DNA of 64,000 nucleotides from Pelagomonas calceolata. Its lineage: Eukaryota. The notes beneath the pieces were generated by a model, which was given only the letters and a program-made list of their open reading frames with translations, was not told where the DNA came from and searched no databases. Each line of letters begins with the position of its first letter. Within the stretch, counting starts at the first letter, position 1. Positions 1 to 26,751 of the stretch are shown here, one piece after another. Both the position numbers and the translations under genes were made by a program. The stretch is taken from contig CAKKNE010000002.1 of assembly GCA_918797485.1 (NCBI GenBank), positions 4,464,001 through 4,528,000 on the forward strand, read 5' to 3'.

Positions 1-1525
1 TCTCTTCGATGGCTGGCAGCTTCCTCAGGCGATTGTTATCTTCTCTCGTCAAAGCTAAGCCAGCAGTCCTTTTCGCGCGGATCGCTTGCCTGCGCGGAGC
101 ACCACCCACGTCATCGTGAGATGGACACGAGTCGCGGGACGCCGAGACCAGCATGTCGAAGATGTCCTTGTGGTACCGGGCTTTCCACGCGTCGAGCAGC
201 TCCTCCGTCCAGCCGTAGGACGCGCTCTCGATCAAAATCTGGGGCGCGACGGAGGGCGACGCGGCGACGGACATGGGGTACATGAGCCTGCCGTTGAGCT
301 CGTACCTGCGGCGCGTGGTGGTGTCAGTACGGGCGTCGCGGCGACGGCGTGCGTCGTGTCGATGGCGTGGAGGTGGGAGCAGTCATCGTGTTGACGTCGA
401 TGCGACGAGAGGGTGTGTATTAGGTCGCGGCGATGGCGTATGGGTGCCCCCAGACGCCATCGCCGCGACTTCCCGGCACGACACCACCAACGCCGCCACT
501 GCTCCGAGAGAGGCTCACCGCCGCGGCCACGCGACGGCACGAATCGAGGCGTGGCCGCCAAGTCGAAGGCCCGGACACCGCGCAGCGGACTCGTGCATCT
601 CGCCGGCACTCCCGTTGATCTCGTACTCGACCGTCAGCGTCTTGGCCCGACCTAACGACGGCTCGCCGAACCACGACGGCAGGTGCTCATCCCTCTTGAC
701 AATACAAAACCTCCCTCGAGCGGCGTGCACGCGCGCTTGCAACGAGTCCGTCACGTCAAAGGCCCCCCTACCATTTTTGATGCCGCCCGGTTGCCCGTAT
801 TGCGCCCGCACGATGTTGATGAGCGGTCGCGCCGCCCCGCCCTTAATTTCAAAGTCCTCCTTCAATCGCCCCGCGAAGTTGCCCTCCCACGTCGACACGG
901 TGCCCCGCCGCCCATTTAAGATGTACCTTACAATAACAACCTTCCGAGCACCTGGTGCGGGATCCTTGCCGTTACTTAGTGTTCTTCGTAAATCCTCTGT
1001 CCTATCTAGGAACAATGACTCTCTAGCTGATTTCTCACAGAGCGCTTCGAGCGCAGCCGTGCAGTCCACCGCTTGAGAAGCATCACTCGGATGGCCGTAG
1101 GACGCCGCCAGGATCCGAATTTTCCCCTGCTCCCGGAGCCACTTCTTCTTCACCATACTTGCGATGGTCGAGGCGGGTTCGTGGATGAAGGAGCAGTGGT
1201 GACACAAGCAATAAGTTTTGACAAGAGCGGGATTCTTGTGCGCGTGGCCGCACTGGGGGCACCGCCGCTCGCCAACGGGCACATTATCTATATTCGGCCG
1301 CCACTGGGCCAACTTTTCTGGAGTCACGAGTGCCTCGGGGTCCGCTTCCAAGAGAATGTGGCTCTTCTTATTGTACCACCGCCGGTCGCGCTCGCCGATG
1401 GGGATGAGCTTTTTGGGCGGGGCGTTCAGCGCTCGCGCAAAGGCCTGGTACGATTCTATATCACCTATTTCCGGTTCATGCGGCGGCGGCTGCCACTCGT
1501 CCGTGTCGGGTGCTACAGCTGCCAT
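1..1525 (-). CDS. Uncharacterised protein with repeated 'YG..DVT..L..DP..G..K.L.V.Y' (DUF3395/SUEL-lectin-like) modules; runs off window start
   Basis: ATG 1525 (MAAVAPDTD). Introns 306-590 (GT-AG, joins MHE|YELNGRL, restoring repeat alignment) and 90-148 (GT-AG) keep the frame open to position 1. Zn-ribbon-like CxxC pairs at N-terminus. Confidence 0.6.
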
Positions 1526-2151
1526 CTGTGTAGCGCTTGCTCTGTGCCGCTTATACCGCCTAGTAGTGGTGCCGCGCAGATGGGCGCGTCGACGGCGTCG
1601 CGTTGATGGCTTTTGGGCAGCCGCGTCGCGCGCGCGTCGACCGCTGCCCAATGGCGCTGCTGGAGCGCTTTGTTTGCTAAACTTTAGTGGGCATTAGGCT
1701 GCCCGCGGCCGGGACGTGCCTTCGGGGGTCGGGAGGGGTGCGGGGGCACCGGCTCTACGCGTGGAAGTGCCATCCGGGCGCCATGGGGGTGGCTTTGGCG
1801 CTGCAAGCGGCCTGCAAGGCAGCCTCCTTGCCGAGAGGCAGCCATGGCGAGCCCCGTGAGTCTTCTCGCGGAGGCTTGACGCCTCGTTACTAGCGACGCG
1901 TGTAACAATGATGCCTTGGCTGCAAAACGAGGCCCTCTGGCTTTTTTAGCACCAGCCTCGCTGAGGCCGGTTTGACAGTGTGTGCGTAGCGATGGGGGTC
2001 CTCCGGGACCTAGCAGAGCCGTTGTAGACCGCTGCGCAAGCTCCGACGTCGTTCAGTGCTCTGCAGGCTAGCGAGAGCATCGGCAGCTCCAAAGTTGCCG
2101 ACGAGGCGTGCGACGCCCGACGAGCCGCACAAGCGTTCAAGCGACGCAGCC

Positions 2152-3117
2152 ATGGCCGTGTCGCAGCCGCCGGGCCTGGGCTTCGGCGGGAGCTGGTCCA
2201 GCTTCGGCGCGCAGTCGGGTGACGAGACGCCGACGACGCCCTCCCTGCCGCCGCCGCCGCCCGGCGCCGCCCCGCCTTCGTTAGAATCGCTGCGACGGCA
2301 GCTCGACAGCCCGGCGCCGGCGCCGTCCGTGGTCGGCCCGCCCTCCAGGCAGCGGTCGTACGGCACGCTCGGCGAACGTTTGGGAGAGGGCCTGCGCCCG
2401 CCCATCGGCTGGAACTCGAGCGTCGCGTCGGACGCGGTCTTCGAGCCGCCGGAGCGGCCGAGCACGGCGCCGGTCGACGACCGGGCTAGAGCTAGAGATC
2501 AGCAAAACGTAGCTTTACTGATCTCGAGCATGCAGGAGCTCACGGCCGTCGTCGCGACGCACTCCGAGGAGATCCGGCGGCTGCGCGAGGATTGTAGAGC
2601 TTTTGCTAGGCGCGACGCGATCAACGAGGCGCTGTCCGACGTCGCTCTAAGAGCGCGCTCCGAGGGCGACCACAACCGTGCCGCGCTGGAGCGCGTGGAA
2701 CGGCGACTTGCTTAATTGGAGGGCGGCATCGGCCGCGCCACCGAGGGCCTGAAGGACCCGCTCGTGGCCGCGGCCGAGCGGCTCTCGACGCGCGACGCGC
2801 GCTACCCGCCACCGCCCAACGGCCACTACGACGCCCGCGGGCCGCGCGGGCCGCCGAACGGCCACAGTGCGCCGCCGAACGGCCACTACGGCGGAACGCC
2901 CAACGGCCACAGCCCCTCGAACGGCTACGCGCCGCGCGACCGGCACGCGCCGCCGCCGGAGGGCCGCGGGCCCTACCCGCCTCCGAACAACGGCGAGGCG
3001 CCGCCGCGCTTCCTGACGCCCGCCGACGTGCCGAACGGCCACGGCGCGCCGCCCAACGGCCACTACGACGCCCGCGGGCCGCGCGCGCCGCCGCCGAACG
3101 GCTTCCGCGGCGTCTGA
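2152..3117 (+). CDS. Pro-rich/coiled-coil protein with PPNGHY repeats; interrupted by in-frame TAA at 2713-2715
   Basis: ORFs 2056-2715 and 2716-3117 share a frame and read RRLA*LEGGIGRATE; coding-like codon usage on both sides; direct repeat 2815-2848/3052-3085. Confidence 0.5.
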
Positions 3118-3440
3118 GTGACGTCGACCTGTCCAATTCGCCGCCCCGCCCGGAACCGGCGGGGCCCTGACTGCTGAACAAAGACCGTGCGCGCCTGCGC
3201 TTTTACGTCCGCTATCCCCCCTCGCGCGCACGATGAACCCTCTCTGGCATGAGCATAGCCGAAGATGCTAGCCGTGTACATAGATATAAGAGACATACTT
3301 CCATTCGAAACTGACTTAAAACTAGGGGCACTCTCGCGGCGATGGCGTCCGGGCTCTTGCGTCAAAGCAGTGAATTCACAGAGAAGTGCGAATTTACGAG
3401 AAGGGGATGGGAAAGGGGATCACACAAAGGAGGGACGTCC

Positions 3441-5009
3441 TCACTTCTCGGACGCGTACGCGACGACGCCGACGCGGGCGCCCTTGGGCGACACCACGGT
3501 CACCCGGCCCTTGGCGCCCTTGGGCGACGCCACCGGGCCCTCCTCCGCGACGACGGGCAGGCCGACGATGATCGGCGTCGCCCTCGGCGCCTTCCTGCGG
3601 CAGGCCCGGAACGCGCAGCAGCCCAGGCCGCAGCCGCAGCACACCAGCACCGCGGTCATCACCACAATGCACCACACGAAGCCCACGTCGTCGTCGCAGT
3701 CCTCATCTACAACATCGTGCCAGGGCGTGCGCTTGTAGATTATCGAAGCCGGCTTCTTGTACCCAAATCTCACCTTGAGCTCCGTCTCGGACACTAAATA
3801 GAAGTCCATCTCTTCGTTGTGACCCGCGTGGTCGCTGTGGGGAAGCGACTCGACGCCGTAGTACGGGCCGCCCCCACCGCCGTTCACAAAATATATAGTA
3901 TTTTGGGCGATCTTGATGATCCTCTCGTCGTCGTAGGGGTCGGGGTCGCCGCCGCACTTCGCCGAGCCGCTCCAGTCCTTGGCGACCCAGGCGTAGCCCT
4001 CGAGCGCTTCCAGGGAAGTCGTGCCGTCGACGTCGATAGTCGGCGCGCACGTCGGGTCCGGCGCGCAGGTGCCCTGGGCGAGGCACCCGGTCGACGACGC
4101 GAACGCGTCGCGGTCGACGCACATGCACTCGCCGTCGACGCGGTAGTACCAATACTCCGAGTCGTCGGCGCGGCACAGGCGGCACAGCGGCTCCGCCGTG
4201 ACGTCCGCGCGCTCGCCCGTCTTCTCGCAGCCGCACGAGATCCGCCCGGGGAAGTCGCCGCCGTGGTTGACGGGGACCGTGCCGGACTCGGGGCAGGCGT
4301 ACAGCGGCGTCGACGACGCCGCCGTGGCCCGCAGCACGGCGTAGAGGTTGTGCCCGCGGCCGACGCCGTTCGAGGCCAGCGTGCCGTCGGTCATCAGCTC
4401 GCCGTCCTTCCTCCAGAGGCACAGGTCCCCGGCGCCGAGGTTGGCAAGGATGCCCTGCTTGATGGCGTCGAGGGACATCGCTAAATCGTACACTTGAACA
4501 TCGACGTTCTTCCCGTCGGCGTTGGTCTCGATACAGACATCGGAGCCGACGTTGAGGCCTTGGGTGCCGCCGACGACGACTATTTGCTCGGGGCCGCCCG
4601 GCATCGCCTCGAAGCTGTGCTCCTTCGCGATGGTCCAGAGGGCGTCCGGGCAGCCATCCGTCGACGGCGCGCCTTGCCGCGCGTAGACGATGGTCGCCGG
4701 CGACGCGTAGCCGAACTCGACGACGAGGTCGCCGTCGTCATCGAGCGAAAACTTGATCTCCTCGCTGTCGGGCGACGAGGCAGTGGCCGGAAGACTTCCG
4801 ATAGCGTAGGGGCCGCCGCCCCCGCCGCCGGTCCAGCTTATCTCGCCGCCGGCGATCTCGACCGTGGACTCGTCGTCGTAGGGGTCCGGGTCGCCGCCGC
4901 GCGCCGCCGCGCCGGACCACGTCTTGGCTTTCCAGGTCGTGCCGTCCAGGGTCGCCGTGTTCGTATCGGCAGCGACGGCGGACAAGGCTAAAGCCACGAG
5001 GAAACGCAT
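3441..5009 (-). CDS. Type I membrane protein: signal peptide, two internal repeats, ubiquitin-like domain, Cys-rich region, TM helix, Cys-rich tail
   Basis: 522-aa ORF; MRFLVALALSAVAA signal; repeat W.AK.WSG.A..GGDPDPYDDE...GGGGGPY occurs twice; TM VGFVWCIVVMTAVLV followed by CCGCGLGCC. Confidence 0.8.
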   Translation of the reverse strand: MRFLVALALSAVAADTNTATLDGTTWKAKTWSGAAARGGDPDPYDDESTVEIAGGEISWTGGGGGGPYAIGSLPATASSPDSEEIKFSLDDDGDLVVEFGYASPATIVYARQGAPSTDGCPDALWTIAKEHSFEAMPGGPEQIVVVGGTQGLNVGSDVCIETNADGKNVDVQVYDLAMSLDAIKQGILANLGAGDLCLWRKDGELMTDGTLASNGVGRGHNLYAVLRATAASSTPLYACPESGTVPVNHGGDFPGRISCGCEKTGERADVTAEPLCRLCRADDSEYWYYRVDGECMCVDRDAFASSTGCLAQGTCAPDPTCAPTIDVDGTTSLEALEGYAWVAKDWSGSAKCGGDPDPYDDERIIKIAQNTIYFVNGGGGGPYYGVESLPHSDHAGHNEEMDFYLVSETELKVRFGYKKPASIIYKRTPWHDVVDEDCDDDVGFVWCIVVMTAVLVCCGCGLGCCAFRACRRKAPRATPIIVGLPVVAEEGPVASPKGAKGRVTVVSPKGARVGVVAYASEK

Positions 5010-5304
5010 TATTGGTCTCGTACGAAGTCTCGCTTGCGCTGGGCCAGATGCCCCAGATTATCTGTGGGCAGGCGTTTCAAGCGTTGCAAGGCGCCGAACG
5101 TTACGGGGCTCTGCTCAGTGGCTGTTTGGGTACCTATAGCAGTGCGCGATCGCTTGAAAGCACTGCTTATCGCTTAGAAGGGCTGAACACCAGCGTTGAT
5201 TTCAGTCACTCTGGGCCTGGCAAGGTACATTTTTGCGCAAATCGGGGCAGGGCGGACGCGTCCAAAAACGCATCCACGAGTAGTAAGAATACAGATCACA
5301 GAAG

Positions 5305-6762
5305 TTACACCACAGGCGTCGTCGCCGCCTCGCCGTCGAGGAGCGGCTCCGCCAGATCCGACCCGCCGACGAGGCGCGGCGGCGCCACCATAAACACAAA
5401 CAACCCCAGCGACGCCACGCCCACGACGAACGCGAAGACCGGCAGGTACGTTGATGAAGAGACCGCCACCAACCAGCCGGCCGAGAGGGCACCAACACTT
5501 CTACCAGCACAAACGCAGACGCTCCTTAATCCGGCGTAGAAGCCCGGATGGTGGCCCATGTCCGCGACCGCCGCCAATAATTGGATGTTCGCGTTCGACG
5601 CCGCTAAAGCCCCGAGAATAATTAACGCGCCGCTCGCCAGACCAAAGGCCTCCCGCGCGAAGATATGTGACGGAGGCACATACAGAAACGCCACCAACCC
5701 CGTCACCGCACCTATAACCTCACAAGCCAACCCGACGCGCACGACGCGCACCTTGCGGTTTCTCGCTATTTGAAAATCGCCGTCGCCGCGTTTTGCATAA
5801 GCCATCGCTAGAACCATCGCACAGACACCCAGCAACGCGAAGGCCGCCAGCACTAATGAAATTGTGGTGGTAGTAGCGTGGAAGTCGTCGCGCGCGACCA
5901 CGGGGAAGGCCGTGTCTAGGCAGGCAATCAACGCGCCGCCCACGAAGGACACGGTCAGCGTGGCGGCGCCCCGTCTTGTTATCAACGCGTCGCGCACGTC
6001 GCGGGCCGGCTTCACCGAGACATTGCGCTGGATGACGGCCTCGCCGACCTGGCGGCTGGCCCGTCGGGATGGCGGCGTGGCCGGCAGCGCGAGGCAAGCC
6101 CAGACCGCACATAATAGAGCGAGCGCTGCAAGAAATAATCCAGGAGCGCTGTACGCGTCGATATCAAACACCTCGTGGTCGCCCTCCGGTAAAAATGAAA
6201 ATAGGGCCGCGAGGCCCGGGCCCGCCAGCACCGCTATTAATGAAGTGCCGTTGAAGACGGCGAGCCGCAAGTCGCGCTTCCTTCTCATCGTAGCGTCGTC
6301 GCCGTCGCCACTCCCGACGACTCCGAGCAGCACTCCCGTGACTGAACTTCCCAATCCAACAATCGCGCGCGCAACGACAACATCCAACGGCCGCGATGCA
6401 GCGAAGTAGTAGACGTTGCCGATTGCTGCGACGAGAAACGCGATGACCGCCGGGCGGCGCGGTCCGTACCTATCCGCCAGCGCCCCTAGCGGGACGAACG
6501 CGGCCGTCTTCGCCAGACTAAATGCCGCGGCGGCGACGCCGGCTAATACAGTGGGATGCGACCCTAACTCCCTTAAATAGGGGTAGATCGTGGGGTAGAT
6601 CAGGCCGTACTCGACGCCGACGCAGGACGCCGCGACGCATGACCCGATCAACAGGCTCCGCGGGCAGGGGTCGGCCGCGCGCGGCGCCGGCGCGGCGGGA
6701 GTTTCGGCTTCTTGGGGCGTCCCAGGCGTCGAGGCCGTGGCTCCTCCATCATTATCGGCCAT
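5305..6762 (-). CDS. Major facilitator superfamily transporter (MFSD8-like)
   Basis: 485-aa ORF, ~12 hydrophobic segments, MFS motif A GALADRYGPRR, C-terminal dileucine-like EPLL. Confidence 0.85.
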   Translation of the reverse strand: MADNDGGATASTPGTPQEAETPAAPAPRAADPCPRSLLIGSCVAASCVGVEYGLIYPTIYPYLRELGSHPTVLAGVAAAAFSLAKTAAFVPLGALADRYGPRRPAVIAFLVAAIGNVYYFAASRPLDVVVARAIVGLGSSVTGVLLGVVGSGDGDDATMRRKRDLRLAVFNGTSLIAVLAGPGLAALFSFLPEGDHEVFDIDAYSAPGLFLAALALLCAVWACLALPATPPSRRASRQVGEAVIQRNVSVKPARDVRDALITRRGAATLTVSFVGGALIACLDTAFPVVARDDFHATTTTISLVLAAFALLGVCAMVLAMAYAKRGDGDFQIARNRKVRVVRVGLACEVIGAVTGLVAFLYVPPSHIFAREAFGLASGALIILGALAASNANIQLLAAVADMGHHPGFYAGLRSVCVCAGRSVGALSAGWLVAVSSSTYLPVFAFVVGVASLGLFVFMVAPPRLVGGSDLAEPLLDGEAATTPVV

Positions 6763-7038
6763 GGTTCGCGTCGCGCTCGCGCGTTATGCTGCGTTGGCAC
6801 ACGAGGCTGCAGCGCTGTGTTTGAGACTGCTGCGTCCTGTGAAACGCCACCGTTCGCTCAGCTGCGCACGCGGCTCGAGATGTACGTTCTGCGCTTGTGT
6901 AATGTGTGAGACTCACCTGTACGCGCGTACTCCAAAGGCTTAAGCAAGGTTCACAGACCTAGTTAAACACTCTAGAAAATATGCGCACGGTCCGCGGCTC
7001 TTCGCGAGACGCCTCGGCCTCTAGAGGGCTCGGATTGA

Positions 7039-23584
<16,546 letters not shown>

Positions 23585-23620
23585 ATTCGCTCTCTTGTGG
23601 TGTGTAATATCCTTTTGTTA

Positions 23621-24040
23621 TTACTTGAGGAGGTCGTCGCCGACGAGGAACGATCCCAGGTGGCGCGCGAGGTACTCGTCGCAGAGGACGGCATGGTCCA
23701 GGCGGGCGAACGTCAAGGCGTAGAGGCGCTTCCAGAAGACCGGGAGGTGGTCGTCGAGGAGATACTCGAGCGCCCCGTTGTCGGTCGGCGTCTCGTGGTC
23801 CGGCGCCGGGAACCGGAGCGCGTAGTCCAGCGGCGTCTTGCCGGTGGCGTCCGCAAGATTAATGTCCGCGCCGAGGAGCAGGAGGCCGCGCACGACGTCC
23901 GTTTTGCCGATGATGCACGCGCCGTGGAGCTGCGTCCGCCCATGCTCCCCGGACTTGTGGTCGACGTGAACGCGCTCGAGGAGCAGCCGTCCGCACGCAG
24001 TCCGGCGGGGCTTCGCCGGGGGTAGCTCCACGTACCTCAT
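23621..24040 (-). pseudogene. Ankyrin-repeat gene, apparently 5'-truncated paralog of 26752-28248
   Basis: GRTQLHGAC...LLLLGADINLADATGKTPLDYA; C-terminal LTFARL..A..DEYLARHLGSFL.G shared with neighbour; upstream is AT-rich low-complexity DNA. Could be a short functional gene. Confidence 0.55.
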
Positions 24041-24167
24041 GCATCCCCCGTCAAGATTTTGCCCCCCCCCCCTTTCGAGCCGAGCGTAGCGATACCTTAG
24101 GAGTCAGGATAGGATATAAATAGAGTCTATTAGAGAGAGAGAGGATAATATATATTAGAAATACTGA

Positions 24168-26465
24168 CTAGTCGGATACATTCCGGAGAGACGATTCGTG
24201 GTTTGCGCGGACGTACTCGGACCATTCCGGGGTCCCGAACTCGTAGCGCTTGATGGCGCGGGGCTTATATGCAAATTTGTCGTGGGCGGTCGCCCGATAG
24301 CACTGGGTCATGTTGACGAGGTCGAAGTCGTACGTGCGGCCCTTACCGGCCTTCGTGTCGAGGCGGAGCGCCACCCCGTCGAGGCCGGCCGCGCGCGCCT
24401 CTTCGAGTGCGTAGGCCGTGCGCGCATCGATGCACTCAAACTTCGGCGATCTGCGGTCATTGGAGCCGTCAAAGCACCAGGGTGCTCTCCCGTAGAAAGA
24501 AATGGTCGGTGCGATAGTCCGAGCCGCGGCGTCGAGCGCGGTCTCGAACTTGTCGAGCGAACCATCGACGCGCTTGCCTTCGACGGCGACCGCGATCCAG
24601 CCCCGGAGCACGCCCGCGCCGTTGGGCGTTCTACCGTCGACGCTGAGCTTGTTCCAGCGGATCTTCTGAAAATCTGACCTGCCGAAGGTTACGTCCGCGA
24701 CATGAACGTCGAAGAGGCGTTCGCAGAACGCCGCGACCTTCTCTACCCGCTTCGACGCGGGAACTCCCGTCCCGGGGAAACGCAGGCCGGTCCCCGTGAG
24801 GTCCAGTTCGCTTAGGTGTTCTAAGAAACCAAGCCCCCGCGGGAGCGGGCCGACCATGTCTTGGTTGCCCTTCAGGCTTATATTTTCCAAGAATTGTAGC
24901 TCCCGGATCGTCTCGGGCAATACGCCGTTCGCCTTGAGGTTGCTGAGGTCCAACTCGACGACGCGGCCCTTTCCGTTGGTTTTCACGCCACCCCATTTTA
25001 CGAGGTTTTCGCCGCCCCAACCTTTCTTCTTCGACACCAGTAGCTCCGCGCAGCCGACCGCGTGCTTGACGTGAAGCAGCACGAGGCGGTCCCGGTCCTT
25101 CGCTAGGTCTATCCTGAAGGCCGCCGCGACTTCATCGAAATCGTAGCCCGCGTGTAGCAATGCGCCCGGGTCGTCGGTGTCCGAGCAGCCGCGCAGGTCG
25201 GACGCTTCGTAGCCGGCTTGCAGGATGCCAGAAAGTGGCAGGCCGGCCGCGGACAATTCGTCGGCGCTGAGGCCGGCGTCCTTGAGTTCGTGGGGTTCGA
25301 AGCAGGCCGCCGCGACGAGATCCGCTGCCTCGACGCCCTTGTCCCGAAAGTCTTTCGCTGTCTCGCCGGATGCCGCGGCGAGCTTGCCGATGCGAGCCGC
25401 GCGGTCGTGCTTCTCGAGGCCCATCTTCTCCAGGAGCTCGGTCGCCACGCGAACACAATTGTATATCGCGTGTCCCGGGAGACCTCTGCGAGCGACGAGC
25501 AGCTCGCGGTGGACGATCTGGACCTCCCAGACGTGTGGCGAGCCCCCGGTGAAGCGACCATTGATCATGCAGTCACGCCAGCCGCCGCTCGTGGGTTCCC
25601 GGACGAAGCGCTCCTTGATACGGACGATCTCGACCTCTGAATCCGCCGCGAGGCGCGAGAGCGCCTCGGCAGCGATGTTCATGTCGTCAACAACGATCAT
25701 ACACCTTACGACGTCGAAGATGCGCGAGCAAGTGCCTTGACAGAAAGCCTTCTCGACGATGCGCGACGTTTTCTTGAGCTCCGCTGGGGGGCGGTACCTC
25801 GCACCCTTGATGGTGTCTGCCAAGGATGACATCTGCTCGTCGAACCGTGCCTTGACCCGGCCCGCCGCAGCCACGAGCTCCGCGATGCTCTCGGTGCCCT
25901 GGGTAACGCTAGCCGCCGTCAGCGAGCGTCGTCGCACGGACGCCACAGCCGTCTCGTATGCCTCCAGGTCATCAGTTTTCTTCGCGATGCGATCCCACAT
26001 AACCTTATAAACCGAGAGGAAATCGTCGTCGCCGGCGGCGATCGCCGCATCGCACATCGTGACGACACCGGGCCGCCCCGCTTGCGACGCGAACGCCTCG
26101 CGGACGTCGCGCATCGCCTCCTCGACGCTCTCCGCGAGCGCGCGGCGCGCCGCCTCGTCGTCGGGATTCTCGGCTGCCGCGCGGGACCGGTCCGCGAGCG
26201 CTTCGGGAGCCGCGATGGACGCGGACAGCGCATCTAAGCCCTGGAGCTCGGCGGGCAGCGACGACGTCGATTCTTCGGCAGACACATTCCGACGCAATGG
26301 ATGCCGCGTCGGCCCCGCCTCGAGAGCGGCGATTCGCGCTTTCAACGCCTCATTCTCCGCCTCCAGGCGGTTCACGTGTTCCACGACGTCGCGCCGTGCC
26401 ACGGATATCTCTGCTTCCGACATCTCCTGCACTCGACTCGCATCGATGGATGACGCTGCCCCCAT
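24168..26465 (-). CDS. N-myristoylated RelA/SpoT-like nucleotidyltransferase + ELxxAG repeats + LRR + WWE domain protein
   Basis: 765-aa intronless ORF; MGAASS; LKKTSRIVEK, DVVRCMIV, SGGWRDCMIN, WEVQI, GHAIY motifs; WGGVKTNGKGRVVELDLSNL LRR cap plus LRRs; PWCFDG...ALEEA...YDFDLVNMTQ...RAIKR WWE. Confidence 0.8.
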   Translation of the reverse strand: MGAASSIDASRVQEMSEAEISVARRDVVEHVNRLEAENEALKARIAALEAGPTRHPLRRNVSAEESTSSLPAELQGLDALSASIAAPEALADRSRAAAENPDDEAARRALAESVEEAMRDVREAFASQAGRPGVVTMCDAAIAAGDDDFLSVYKVMWDRIAKKTDDLEAYETAVASVRRRSLTAASVTQGTESIAELVAAAGRVKARFDEQMSSLADTIKGARYRPPAELKKTSRIVEKAFCQGTCSRIFDVVRCMIVVDDMNIAAEALSRLAADSEVEIVRIKERFVREPTSGGWRDCMINGRFTGGSPHVWEVQIVHRELLVARRGLPGHAIYNCVRVATELLEKMGLEKHDRAARIGKLAAASGETAKDFRDKGVEAADLVAAACFEPHELKDAGLSADELSAAGLPLSGILQAGYEASDLRGCSDTDDPGALLHAGYDFDEVAAAFRIDLAKDRDRLVLLHVKHAVGCAELLVSKKKGWGGENLVKWGGVKTNGKGRVVELDLSNLKANGVLPETIRELQFLENISLKGNQDMVGPLPRGLGFLEHLSELDLTGTGLRFPGTGVPASKRVEKVAAFCERLFDVHVADVTFGRSDFQKIRWNKLSVDGRTPNGAGVLRGWIAVAVEGKRVDGSLDKFETALDAAARTIAPTISFYGRAPWCFDGSNDRRSPKFECIDARTAYALEEARAAGLDGVALRLDTKAGKGRTYDFDLVNMTQCYRATAHDKFAYKPRAIKRYEFGTPEWSEYVRANHESSLRNVSD

Positions 26466-26573
26466 GATGAGGCGGCTGGGCTGCCTCTTGTGGTCCTCTG
26501 GTCCAGCAGCGTGGGCTGCCCCGGGTATATATACAATTACACCATGTCCTACGTTGCGTGTGCCCTCGCAACT

Positions 26574-26610
26574 GCAGGAACACGGAGACTAAGCAGGAAC
26601 ACGGAGACTA
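26574..26610. repeat. Tandem direct repeat GCAGGAACACGGAGACTA x2 upstream of RelA/SpoT-like gene
   Basis: Two exact 18-nt copies at 26574 and 26593; TATA-like TATATATA at ~26526-26533. Confidence 0.7.
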
Positions 26611-26751
26611 CAAGCTGACTGCAGCCAAAGACAACAGCTTCGCATCATATCTCGCGTCGAAATTGGAGCTAGCTGCTGTAAAGACACTAGCAAAAAAGGA
26701 GCTGGTGCATTGTACCTTCTGTAATACTTACGTACATGATACATTCATTCG

